This document shows, one piece after another, positions 8,402 to 17,487 of a DNA stretch of 64,000 nucleotides. How positions within the stretch are numbered: position 1 is the stretch's first letter; every line of letters starts with the position of its first letter. This stretch comes from Candidatus Methylomirabilota bacterium (GTDB lineage: Bacteria > Methylomirabilota > Methylomirabilia > Rokubacteriales > CSP1-6): contig DATIAY010000171.1 of NCBI GenBank assembly GCA_035457825.1, forward strand, positions 6,920-70,919, given 5' to 3'. The position numbers and the translations under genes are program-made. The notes under the pieces were generated by a model. The model did no database searches, was not told the DNA's origin, and was given only the letters and a program-made list of their open reading frames with translations.

Positions 8402-9895
8402 GTGCCCGCGGCCGCTCCCGGCCTCGCCTGGTCCGACTATGCGGTTCTTGCTCTCTGCCTCGCCCTGCTGCTCGTCATCGGCGCCGGTTTCAGCCGGCAG
8501 CGCGACACGGTCGACTTCTTTCTGGCCCGACGGCGCGTGCCCTGGTGGGCGGCGTGCCTGAGCTTTCTGGCCACCGAGATCAGCGCCGTCACCATCATCT
8601 CGGTCCCGGCTACGGCCTACAGCGAGAACTGGGAATACCTGCAGTTTTTCGTGGGGTCGAGCCTGGCCAAGTTCGCGGTCGCCTGGCTGTTTATCCCCGC
8701 CTTCTACCGGTACCAGGTCGTCACCATCTACGAGTTCCTGCTCCACCGCTTTGGCCAGGCCAGCCAGGTGACGGCCGCGCTCTTCTTCTTCGTCACCCGG
8801 CTCCTCGGATCCGGTGTGCGTTTGATGGCCGCCGCTCTGGCCGTCTCGATCCTGCTCGGCTGGCCGCTGCCGCCCACCATCGCCATCTTCGTTGTGATCT
8901 CGATCCTGTACATCGCCGCCGGCGGGGTGAAGGCGATCATCTGGACCAACGTCTTCCAGGCGCTGGTGTTCCTGCTCGCCGGCGCGGCGACCCTGACCTG
9001 GGCCGTGGCGCAGGTGGCGGGCGGCGTGCCTGCTATCGCGGAGCTCGCCGGCACGGCCGGACGTCTCGACATCATCAACTGGGGTCCGGCCCCGGGTGGC
9101 CCCGACTTCTGGCGCCGGGTGTTCTCGGAACCCAACATCGTGTGGGTGGCGATCCTCAACGGCCTGGTGGGCTCGATGGCCGCCTTCGGCACTGACCATG
9201 ACCTCATGCAGCGATTGCTCACCGTCGAGACCCGGCGCCAGAGCCAGATCACCCTGTCCCTCACTCCGCTCGGCACGCTCCTGACGCTCATCATCTATCT
9301 GGGGCTGGGTTCCGCCCTCTACACCTTCTACGCGCAGCATCCGGAGCTCCCGATATCCCGCCCCGACGAGATCCTGCCTCACTTCGTGCAGCAGACGATG
9401 CCGGCGATGCTGCGGGGCCTCATGCTGAGCGCCATCGTGTTGGCTTCGATCGACTCGCCGCTCGGCTCCCTGTCCGCCTCGTTCGTGACCGATATCTACC
9501 GCCCTCTCCTGGCCCCTCGACGGTCAGAACGTCACTACCTGCTCGTCTCACGGGTTGCCGTCGTAGTGTTCGGTCTGGTCCTCGGGGGCATTGCCCACGC
9601 CTTTTCCGCCTTCAGCCAGATCCTGTGGCTGGCCTTCAAGATCGCAGGCGTGACGTTTGGATCCCTGCTGGGGGTGTTCCTGCTGGGACTCGCCACCAAC
9701 CGTCCGGTGCGGGACTGGGCGAACGTCGCGGCGATGCTGGTCATGGCGGCAGTGAACCTGACGCTACTCGTATTGTCTGAGACCGGCGTCCTCGTCTTCG
9801 CCTGGTCGTGGCTCGTGATCATCGGGACGGCCGGCACGATCCTGGTAGCCGTCGTAACAACTCACGTCCACCAATTGATCAATCGCCGAGGGTGA
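8402..9895 (+). CDS. sodium:solute symporter family transporter
   Basis: 497 aa, multi-TM, SSF-family N-terminal pattern. GTG start. Confidence 0.8.
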   Translation: MPAAAPGLAWSDYAVLALCLALLLVIGAGFSRQRDTVDFFLARRRVPWWAACLSFLATEISAVTIISVPATAYSENWEYLQFFVGSSLAKFAVAWLFIPAFYRYQVVTIYEFLLHRFGQASQVTAALFFFVTRLLGSGVRLMAAALAVSILLGWPLPPTIAIFVVISILYIAAGGVKAIIWTNVFQALVFLLAGAATLTWAVAQVAGGVPAIAELAGTAGRLDIINWGPAPGGPDFWRRVFSEPNIVWVAILNGLVGSMAAFGTDHDLMQRLLTVETRRQSQITLSLTPLGTLLTLIIYLGLGSALYTFYAQHPELPISRPDEILPHFVQQTMPAMLRGLMLSAIVLASIDSPLGSLSASFVTDIYRPLLAPRRSERHYLLVSRVAVVVFGLVLGGIAHAFSAFSQILWLAFKIAGVTFGSLLGVFLLGLATNRPVRDWANVAAMLVMAAVNLTLLVLSETGVLVFAWSWLVIIGTAGTILVAVVTTHVHQLINRRG

Positions 9896-10021
9896 TTCCG
9901 GCGGGGCGCGGGCGTGGCGAAAGCCCGGGTGCCCGCGCCCTGTTCAGCGGTCAATCGCCGAGGGTGATTCCGCAGGGACATGGGCGGGCGACAGCCCGGG
10001 CCCCATGCCCTGGTCAATGAA
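9878..10021 (+). repeat. 72-nt imperfect tandem repeat (2 copies) in the convergent spacer between the symporter and nagZ
   Basis: tcaatcgccgagggtgattccg recurs at 9879 and 9951 with similar flanks. Confidence 0.6.
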
Positions 10022-11542
10022 TCAGCAATTCCCCAGGCGAGCGATCACCGCGTCGAGCTGGCAGCGCCGGAAGCCGTAGGCGGTGATTCCAAGCACCCCC
10101 GGCTTGAGGAGCGCGATGTCATAGGGGTCGCGGAGCAGCACCACGGCGAGCGCGCGGGCCCGAGCCTGCAAGGCATCGAGCAACGCCCGGTTCGAGGCGT
10201 ACAGGTTGGCGTCGTACAGGAAGAGGATGGCGGCGTCGGCGGTGGCAGCCGCGTCCGCCGCGGCCTCGATCTCCGCGGGCAAAGGCTCGATCCCGACCAG
10301 CGTGGTGTCGGGCACGATGCCGACGGTGGCGAAGGCTTGGGCCAGGTATCCCTTTTCGTCAATCAGCTCAGGCTCGATGGTGATCCGGGCGGCCAGGTCG
10401 GAAAAGCGTGGAAACACCACGGCGACGTTTCCGTTCAGCCGTCGAGCGAAGCCCGCTGGTCCGGGCGCCAGGAGGGTCACCGCACGCGTGGCCATCGCCA
10501 TCGCGAGTGCTGCGCCGTCCTGTTCGGGGCGTGACGGGTCGTCCTCAAACCGCCGGGACCGGGCCTGGCGAAGCTGCCGGACCCGCTCGGCAGCGGTCAC
10601 GAGCCCGTCCCGAGGCAGCGTTCCTGATCGATAGGCATCGGTCAGGGCCCGGGCCGCGGCACGCTGAGCGCCCTCGGTATGGCAGATGAGCAGCAGATCG
10701 TGGCCGGCCGCGGCAGCGCGCACGGTCGCCTCTGCGATGGGGCAGGTCTCGGTAATAGCCCCCATCTCCAGGTCGTCCGAGACCACCACGCCCCGGAAGC
10801 CGACCTCCCTGCGCAGATAGTCGGTCACGATCCTCCGGGAGAAGGTCGCCGGGACGCCGGAGGGATCGAGGTTCGGGTACACGGGGTGAGAGGTCATCAC
10901 GCAGGCCACGCCGGCGGCAATTGCCTCTAGAAAGGGCACGAGATGGACCGCGCGCATCTCGTCCCAAGTAGAGTCGATGCGGGGCAGCCGCAGATGAGCG
11001 TCGAGGGGTGAGTGTCCCTTGCCCGGAAAGTGCTTGGCGCAGGCGGCAAGCCCACCCTTGGCCATGCCGCGGATGCGCGCTGTGCCATAACGCGCGACAC
11101 GCATCGCGTCCTTGCCGTACGAACGGATGCCGATGTTCGGGCTGTAGCGCTCCGTCAGCACGTCGAGCACGGGGCCCAAGTTGAGGTCGATGCCGAGCCG
11201 CCGCAGTTCCCGGCCCTCGCACAGGCCCTGCCGATACGCGAAGGTCTCCTCCCCGGCGGTACCGACGGCGAGGTTGTCGGGGAAGATCGTCACGCCTCGG
11301 CCCAGCATGATCACTCGACCGCCTTCGTGATCGGTCGCCACGAGCAGCCGGCGCCCGAGGGCTTCCTCCAATTCGCTGATCAGGCGAAGGAGCTGAGCCG
11401 GGCTCTCAAAGTTGCGGCGGTAGAGGATGAGGCCGGCGGCGTGAGTGTCTCGGAAGAGTGCGACGCTGTCCTGGCCCAGAGTGGGGCCAGGCAGCCCGAT
11501 CATGAGCCGCTCACCGACCAGTTCGGCAATGTCGACCACCAC
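10022..11542 (-). CDS. nagZ: beta-N-acetylhexosaminidase, GH3
   Basis: KHFPGKGHSPLDAHL, SDDLEMGA and other GH3 NagZ motifs. Confidence 0.85.
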   Translation of the reverse strand: MVVDIAELVGERLMIGLPGPTLGQDSVALFRDTHAAGLILYRRNFESPAQLLRLISELEEALGRRLLVATDHEGGRVIMLGRGVTIFPDNLAVGTAGEETFAYRQGLCEGRELRRLGIDLNLGPVLDVLTERYSPNIGIRSYGKDAMRVARYGTARIRGMAKGGLAACAKHFPGKGHSPLDAHLRLPRIDSTWDEMRAVHLVPFLEAIAAGVACVMTSHPVYPNLDPSGVPATFSRRIVTDYLRREVGFRGVVVSDDLEMGAITETCPIAEATVRAAAAGHDLLLICHTEGAQRAAARALTDAYRSGTLPRDGLVTAAERVRQLRQARSRRFEDDPSRPEQDGAALAMAMATRAVTLLAPGPAGFARRLNGNVAVVFPRFSDLAARITIEPELIDEKGYLAQAFATVGIVPDTTLVGIEPLPAEIEAAADAAATADAAILFLYDANLYASNRALLDALQARARALAVVLLRDPYDIALLKPGVLGITAYGFRRCQLDAVIARLGNC

Positions 11543-11820
11543 GCGATTTTATCCTCCCCGGCGCCTAAGTTCGGTGCACTGCCAGTGATCATTTGTCGAT
11601 CAGGTGACACATTGACGGGCCCTCGAGCACCGACCGCCGGTGCAAGTGCGCGCCGTTTCTACCGTCCCTGGACGCCCCGAACCTGGCATATCCGGTGCAC
11701 CGGGGCCATCACCATGATCCAAAGTGTTGGGCTCAGACGCTGGCTCATTCTCGGACTGATTGCCATCCTCATGCTGGCCGAGGTGCTCCTCGGAGCCACC
11801 GTCGCGCCGGTGTAGCAGCG

Positions 11821-12165
11821 ATGTTGGACGACGACGACCGGTGGGATCTCGGGAAGTTAGCCGCGATCGGGCTGGCGTTCGTCATGGTCGGAGCGGTCAT
11901 CGTCGGGTTGGTGGTGGCGAACTGGACCAGTCCGGTTCCGATGATGATGCTGCCGGCTTCAGTTCCCGAGAGGGCGCAGGCCCCGAGGATCGTGCTGTCA
12001 CCGGGTGTGGTGCCGGTGGCGGGGCGCGAGCCCGTCGTCGCGCCCCCAGCGGTTGACGAAGCCTGCAACGAGTACGCGGCGAAGGAGGTCGGCCCGTTGG
12101 GCAAGGCGATGGAGATTCCCTACCGGGCCGCCTACGTCATCTGCGTGCGTGCCCGAGGCTATTAG
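11821..12165 (+). CDS. hypothetical membrane protein (114 aa)
   Basis: ATG followed by one TM helix (LAAIGLAFVMVGAVIVGLVVA); Cys pair in the C-terminus. No recognised family. Confidence 0.35.
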   Translation: MLDDDDRWDLGKLAAIGLAFVMVGAVIVGLVVANWTSPVPMMMLPASVPERAQAPRIVLSPGVVPVAGREPVVAPPAVDEACNEYAAKEVGPLGKAMEIPYRAAYVICVRARGY

Positions 12166-12175
12166 GAGAGGTCGC

Positions 12176-12514
12176 GTGTCAGCTCGAGCCTTCATCAAAG
12201 CGCTGGCCTTGGCGATGACCTTCGTATGGGCCTTCCCGGGCTGGGCCGCCGATGACCGCAAGGTCAAGGCGGCAACGGGACAGATCGAGTCCGGGGCCAA
12301 GAAGATCGGTCAGGGGAAGATCGGTGAGGGTGTCGAGCAGACCGCCAAGGGGATCGGTAACACCGTGGTCGAGGGGGCCAAGTTCAGCGGCGACAAGCTG
12401 AAGGCGGCGGGCAAGGCGGCCGAGCCCGAGGCCAAGAGCACCTGGGGCCACATCAAGGAGGGCGCCACGTCTTTCGGACAGAGCATCAAGACGTTCTTCT
12501 CGCGCCTCTTCTGA
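12176..12514 (+). CDS. hypothetical secreted Lys/Gly-rich protein (112 aa)
   Basis: GTG 6 nt after AGGAGAG. Signal-peptide-like N-terminus (AFIKALALAMTFVWAFPGWAA) followed by a KxGxG-rich region. Confidence 0.5.
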   Translation: MSARAFIKALALAMTFVWAFPGWAADDRKVKAATGQIESGAKKIGQGKIGEGVEQTAKGIGNTVVEGAKFSGDKLKAAGKAAEPEAKSTWGHIKEGATSFGQSIKTFFSRLF

Positions 12515-12549
12515 CGTAACCCATCCGCCCCGCACTCACGGGCATCGCC

Positions 12550-13722
12550 TCACCGATACATGAGGAAGGCGGTCCGTTGTTTCTTCCAGCTCGTGAGTCC
12601 GCGTCGCCAACCGCGCTCCAGTGCGTCGAGGGCCGCGCCCCGCTCCAGGCCGCGGCGAATCGAATCCGTGCCCAGGAGGATGTCGATCGGCAGCCGCCGC
12701 GCCTCGAACTCGTAAGGCGGCCGCCGCCACGCGAAGCGACGTGGCGCCTGCCGTCGGGCCACAGCCAGCAGGCCCAGGCCCGTCAGGAACGGCTTGAACC
12801 GCCGGCGATCCTCCACGTGAATCTGCACACCTCCGCAGAGACGTTCGGCCCACTTGTGGAACGTCGGCCTGAAGCGGAGTGGCCGGAATTTGACGCCGGG
12901 CAACCCGAGGCGGTCCAGCGCCGTCGCGTAACGGCGCGGGTCGAGGAAGGGCGCTCCGACCCACTCGAACGGTCGCGTCGTGCCCCGGCCCTCGGAAAGG
13001 TTCGTTCCCTCGATCAGGCACCCCCCGGGATAAACGCGCGCGGTGTCGGGCGTGGGCATGTTGGGGGAAGGGGCGACCCACGGCAGATCCGTGTCCTCCC
13101 AGAGCATGCCGCGGCGCCAGCCCTGCATGGGCACTACCGTGAGATCGCAGCCGAGTCCATGCCGGCGGTTGAGATATAGAGCAAGCTCCCCGATGGTCAT
13201 GGCGTGCCGGGCCGGCAGGGGGAAGAGCCCGACGAACGATGCGAACGCCGGATCGGGGAGGTTGCCCTCGACGATCTCACCGCCGAGGGGATTGGGACGA
13301 TCGAGCACGATCACCGGCACACTCGCCCGGGCGCACGCGCCCATCGCCAGCGCCATCGTCCACACGAAGGTGTAATAGCGGGCTCCGACGTCCTGAAGGT
13401 CGACGATCAGGGCGTCGAGTTGGCGCAGCATGGCAGGAGCCGGCGCCCGGCGCCGACCGTAGAGGCTCAGCACCGGCAACCGAGTGATGGGCTCGCGCAC
13501 GTGCGTGATCGGAGCATGGTCCTGGGCGGCCCCCCAGAGGCCGTGCTCGGGGGCGAAGAGCCGGACGAGCCGCACGCCGGGTGCTTCCCGAAGAAGTACG
13601 GCGGCGTGTTCGAGACGCGCATTCACCGAGGCCTGGTGGGCGAGAAGCGCGAGCCGCCGGCCGCGGAGCAAGGCTCCGCTATCGGCCAGCAACACCTCCA
13701 GACCCGAGCGCACGCGGGGCAT
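12550..13722 (-). CDS. DUF1343-family protein (exo-beta-N-acetylmuramidase NamZ-like)
   Basis: LFAPEHG, DLQDVGARYYTF, SEGRGTTRPFEWVGAP and PYEFE motifs characteristic of DUF1343. Confidence 0.8.
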   Translation of the reverse strand: MPRVRSGLEVLLADSGALLRGRRLALLAHQASVNARLEHAAVLLREAPGVRLVRLFAPEHGLWGAAQDHAPITHVREPITRLPVLSLYGRRRAPAPAMLRQLDALIVDLQDVGARYYTFVWTMALAMGACARASVPVIVLDRPNPLGGEIVEGNLPDPAFASFVGLFPLPARHAMTIGELALYLNRRHGLGCDLTVVPMQGWRRGMLWEDTDLPWVAPSPNMPTPDTARVYPGGCLIEGTNLSEGRGTTRPFEWVGAPFLDPRRYATALDRLGLPGVKFRPLRFRPTFHKWAERLCGGVQIHVEDRRRFKPFLTGLGLLAVARRQAPRRFAWRRPPYEFEARRLPIDILLGTDSIRRGLERGAALDALERGWRRGLTSWKKQRTAFLMYR

Positions 13723-13783
13723 GCGACGATAGTAGCCCACCCTGCACAGGCCGGTGGCCGCCCGGTGGCGGATTCGGGGTACG

Positions 13784-14743
13784 ATGCGGCCCAGCATGCG
13801 CCGCGGGTCCTGGGTCGGGCTGTCTACCGAGCGCGTCAACCCCGTCAGTCGCGCGTTGGACCGCATGACGTCGCTCGAGATCGCCCGGTTGATGAACCGT
13901 GAAGATCAGGCGGCGGTTCGCCGCGTTCGGCGCGCGCTGCCCGCGATCGGCCGAGCCGTGGATCTCATCGTGACGGCGCTGTCCCACCGGGGGCGGCTCT
14001 TCTTCATCGGCGCCGGCACGAGCGGACGCCTCGGGGTGCTGGAGGCGGCGGAGTGCCCGCCGACGTTCGGGACGCCACCGGCCCTGGTGCAGGCCATTAT
14101 GGCCGGCGGGCGGGCTTCCGTGTTTCGCTCGCGCGAGGGGGCTGAAGACGACGCCAGGGCGGCGGCGCGGGCCGTCCGGGCCCGGGTGCGGCGAGGGGAC
14201 GTCCTCGTCGGCGTCTCGGCAAGCGGCGTGACCCCCTTCGTGCGCGCGGGCCTCGGTCAGGCCCGGCGGCTCGGTGCTCGCACAGTGCTTGTCGTGTGCA
14301 ACCCTCGACCGGCGCGTCTGGGCGAGGTGATCATCGCGCTCGCTCCGGGACCGGAAGTCCTCACCGGGTCCACCCGCCTCAAGGCCGGGACCGTGACGAA
14401 GCTCGTCCTCAACACGCTGACGACAGCCAGCATGGCCCGTCTGGGCCGGGTGTACGGAAACCTCATGATCGACCTCCAGCCCCGGTCGGCCAAACTTCGA
14501 GCCCGGGCTTCACGGCTGGTCCAGCAGATCGGGCGCGTGCCGGCGCCGGCCGCCGCGCGCGCCCTGCGCGCTGCCGGCGGCCACGTTCGGCTGGCGCTGG
14601 TCATCGCGCGCACCGGGCTCGCGGCGGCCCCAGCGCGGCGCCTCCTGCGCGATGCGGGTGGTCCGCTCAGCGTCGCGTTGGAGCGCTACGGCGGCGGGCC
14701 ACCGCGGGCACGCTTCCGCGCCAGGCGTCGGCCAGCCCGGTGA
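13784..14743 (+). CDS. murQ: N-acetylmuramic acid 6-phosphate etherase
   Basis: GLSTERVNPVSRALDRMTSLEIARLMNRED and the SIS-domain motif FFIGAGTSGRLG. Confidence 0.85.
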   Translation: MRPSMRRGSWVGLSTERVNPVSRALDRMTSLEIARLMNREDQAAVRRVRRALPAIGRAVDLIVTALSHRGRLFFIGAGTSGRLGVLEAAECPPTFGTPPALVQAIMAGGRASVFRSREGAEDDARAAARAVRARVRRGDVLVGVSASGVTPFVRAGLGQARRLGARTVLVVCNPRPARLGEVIIALAPGPEVLTGSTRLKAGTVTKLVLNTLTTASMARLGRVYGNLMIDLQPRSAKLRARASRLVQQIGRVPAPAAARALRAAGGHVRLALVIARTGLAAAPARRLLRDAGGPLSVALERYGGGPPRARFRARRRPAR

Positions 14744-14768
14744 AGCGTGGCGGATTCGGCGCGGACGA

Positions 14769-16502
14769 TCAGGCGTGCGAGGGACCGGCGGTATCCTCGA
14801 CCCGCACGGGCGTCTGGCCCCGCAGGAAGTCGAAGTCGCATCCCTCGTTGGCCTGCAGGACGTGGTCGACAAAGAGCTTGCCGTAGCCACGCGTGAAGTG
14901 CGGCAGGCGAGGCCGCCAGGCCGCGCGCCGCCGGGCGAGCTCATCATCGCTGACTCGCAGGGTCAGCCGGCGCCCGGGCACATCGAGCTCGATCTGGTCG
15001 CCATCGCGGACCAGCGCCAGCGGTCCGCCGACCGCCGACTCGGGCGCCACGTGGAGAACCACTGTGCCGTAGGAGGTACCGCTCATCCGAGCATCCGAAA
15101 TGCGCACCATGTCTCGCACCCCTTGCCTCAGGAGCCGGGCGGGGATGGGGGCCGCCCCCCACTCGGGCATGCCCGGGGCGCCCCTGGGGCCGACATGCTT
15201 CAGCACGAGGACGGAGCGCTCGTCGATCGGCAGCGCGGGATCGTCGATCCGGCGGTGCAGGTCGGCGTGATCTTCGAAGACCACCGCGCGGCCGCGATGG
15301 GTGAGCAGTTCGGGCGAGGCCGCCGATTGTTTGAGCACGGCGCCGTCGGGGCACAGATTGCCGGTGAGCACGACCGTGCCGCCCTCCGGGGCCAGCGGCA
15401 CCGCGAGCGGCCGGATGACGTCATCGTTGTAACTCTTCGCGTCGCGAACGTTGTCGTTCAGCCTGGACCCGTTCACCGTCAGGACATCGCCGTGGAGCAG
15501 CGGGAGCAGCTCCTTGAGGACCACGGGCAACCCGCCGGCGTAGAAGAAGTCCTCCATGAGGTACTTGCCGGAGGGGCGCACGTTGACCAGCAGGGGAGTG
15601 CTTCGGGAAAGGGCATCGAACCGGGCGAGGGGCAGGGTCAGGCCCACCCGGCCGGCAATCGCCACCAGATGGATGATCGCGTTCGTCGATCCTCCTATCG
15701 CCATGTCGGCACGGATGGCATTGTCAAAAGCGTCCGCGGTCATGATCCGGGAGGGTCTTGGTCCGCCGGCCAGAGCCAACTCGACGGCCCGCCGTCCGGA
15801 GAGCTCGGCGAGGACGAGCCGCCGCGAGTCCGGGGCGGGAATCGCGGCGTTGCCGGGCAGCGTCATGCCGAGCGCCTCGGCCATGGCCGCCATGGTGGAC
15901 GCCGTGCCCATGACCATGCAGTGGCCAGATGACCGGGACATACAGGACTCGGCCTCGCACAGCTCCTCATCGGTGAGTCGCCCGGCGCGCCGCTCGCCCC
16001 ACAGCCGCCAGGCGTCGGTGCCCGATCCCAGCTCCTCGGTGCGCCACTTGCCACGCAGCATCGGGCCCCCGGTCACCATGATCGCGGGGATGTCGGCTGA
16101 AGCCGCGCCCATCAGCATGGCCGGCGTCGTCTTGTCGCAGCCCGACAGGAGTACCACTGCGTCCAGGGGGTAGGCCCGCAGGCACTCCTCCACGTCCATG
16201 GCCATCAGGTTCCGAAAGAGCATCGTGGTGGGCTTCATGAGGACCTCGCCCAGCGAGATCGTGGGAAACTCCAGCGGGAATCCGCCGGCGCTCCACACCC
16301 CACGCTTAACGGCCTCGGCCACCTGGCGGAGGTGGGCATTGCAGTTGGTGAGCTCGGACCAGGAGTTGGCGATGCCGACGACCGGGCGGCCGTCGAACAC
16401 GAGGTCGCTGAATCCCTCGGTCTTGAGCCACGAGCGGTGGACGAACCCGTCGAGGTCCCGGCGACCGAACCAGTTGCGGCTTCTGAGCGGCTGTGCTGTC
16501 AT
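14769..16502 (-). CDS. IlvD/EDD-family dehydratase (dihydroxy-acid or sugar-acid dehydratase)
   Basis: SRNWFG N-terminus, CDKTTPAML Fe-S cysteines, SGHCMVMGTA. Confidence 0.85.
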   Translation of the reverse strand: MTAQPLRSRNWFGRRDLDGFVHRSWLKTEGFSDLVFDGRPVVGIANSWSELTNCNAHLRQVAEAVKRGVWSAGGFPLEFPTISLGEVLMKPTTMLFRNLMAMDVEECLRAYPLDAVVLLSGCDKTTPAMLMGAASADIPAIMVTGGPMLRGKWRTEELGSGTDAWRLWGERRAGRLTDEELCEAESCMSRSSGHCMVMGTASTMAAMAEALGMTLPGNAAIPAPDSRRLVLAELSGRRAVELALAGGPRPSRIMTADAFDNAIRADMAIGGSTNAIIHLVAIAGRVGLTLPLARFDALSRSTPLLVNVRPSGKYLMEDFFYAGGLPVVLKELLPLLHGDVLTVNGSRLNDNVRDAKSYNDDVIRPLAVPLAPEGGTVVLTGNLCPDGAVLKQSAASPELLTHRGRAVVFEDHADLHRRIDDPALPIDERSVLVLKHVGPRGAPGMPEWGAAPIPARLLRQGVRDMVRISDARMSGTSYGTVVLHVAPESAVGGPLALVRDGDQIELDVPGRRLTLRVSDDELARRRAAWRPRLPHFTRGYGKLFVDHVLQANEGCDFDFLRGQTPVRVEDTAGPSHA

Positions 16503-16546
16503 GGGGCCTCCCGAAGGCTTGGATTATAGGAGATCGGAGGACGCGC

Positions 16547-17344
16547 ATGCGCTTGGCCGGCAAGGTCGCGATCGTCACAGGGGGAGGCAGTGGCATCGGG
16601 CGGGGGATCGCCATGGCACTGGCCCGCGAGGGTGCCGACGTGGCCATTCCCGACATCCAGGTTTTGAACGCGGAGAAGGTCTCCGACGAGATCAAGGGGC
16701 TAGGCCGAAAGGCGATGGCCATGAAGGCCGACGTGACCAGCTCCGCCGACGTCAAGACCATGGTCGATCGGACGCGCGAGTCCCTGGGCAAGATCGACAT
16801 CCTGGTGAACAACGCCGGTATGGCGGCCCCCCCGGGCATGCCCTTCACCAACAACACCGAGGACGACTGGGACCGGGCCTTCGCCGTCAACACCAAGTCG
16901 GTATTCCTCACGTGCAAGGCCGTGGCGCCCTACTTCATCGAGCGCAAGGCCGGGCGGATCATCAACATCGCGTCGATCGCCGGGCCGCTCGCGGCCGTCA
17001 CCATGCCGGCCTACAGCGTGGCCAAGCAGGGCGTGATCACGTTCACGCGCGTGGTGGCCAAGGAGCTGGCGGCGCACCGAATCACCGTGAACGCGATCTG
17101 CCCCGGCGTGTTGTGGACGGATTTCTGGCAGAAGCTCGCGGCCCACATCGCGCAGACCAATCCGGCCTTCGCAGGACTGACGCCCCGGCAGGTGTTCGAC
17201 AAGCGGGTCAGCGACATCGTGCCGATGAAATGTGAGCAGGAGCCAGAGGACATCGGCGCGGCTGCGGTCTTCCTGGCTTCAGACGAAGCGCGCTACATCA
17301 CCGGCCAGGCCCTCATGGTCGACGGCGGCTGCGTGATGTGGTAG
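16547..17344 (+). CDS. SDR-family oxidoreductase (FabG-like)
   Basis: TGGGSGIGRG cofactor motif, NNAG, YSVAK catalytic motif. GGAGG RBS 7 nt upstream of the ATG. Confidence 0.85.
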   Translation: MRLAGKVAIVTGGGSGIGRGIAMALAREGADVAIPDIQVLNAEKVSDEIKGLGRKAMAMKADVTSSADVKTMVDRTRESLGKIDILVNNAGMAAPPGMPFTNNTEDDWDRAFAVNTKSVFLTCKAVAPYFIERKAGRIINIASIAGPLAAVTMPAYSVAKQGVITFTRVVAKELAAHRITVNAICPGVLWTDFWQKLAAHIAQTNPAFAGLTPRQVFDKRVSDIVPMKCEQEPEDIGAAAVFLASDEARYITGQALMVDGGCVMW

Positions 17345-17462
17345 TGCGAGCCGAGGCGCGGCGGGCGGCGAGGCGAGCGGTGAGATGGTCGTGGTAGTGC
17401 GAGCTGAGGCGCGCTCGGGCGGCGAGGCGAGCGGTGAGATGATCGAAGTATGCGAGGGATGA
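17344..17462 (+). repeat. 2.5 tandem copies of a 53-nt unit after the SDR gene, forming TAGTG-overlapped mini-ORFs
   Basis: tgcgagc[ct]gaggcgcg...ggcgaggcgagcggtgagatg[ga]tcg..gta recurs at 17345, 17398 and 17451. Confidence 0.6.
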
Positions 17463-17487
17463 TCGACAACCCAAGGTAGGGTCCGGA

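Noticed and set aside
11543-11820. tRNA or other structured RNA in the longest intergenic gap
   Set aside because: No tRNA-like T-arm (GGTTCGA) or D-arm motifs and no conserved structure recognisable by eye. The region more likely holds the nagZ promoter and the small-ORF leader.
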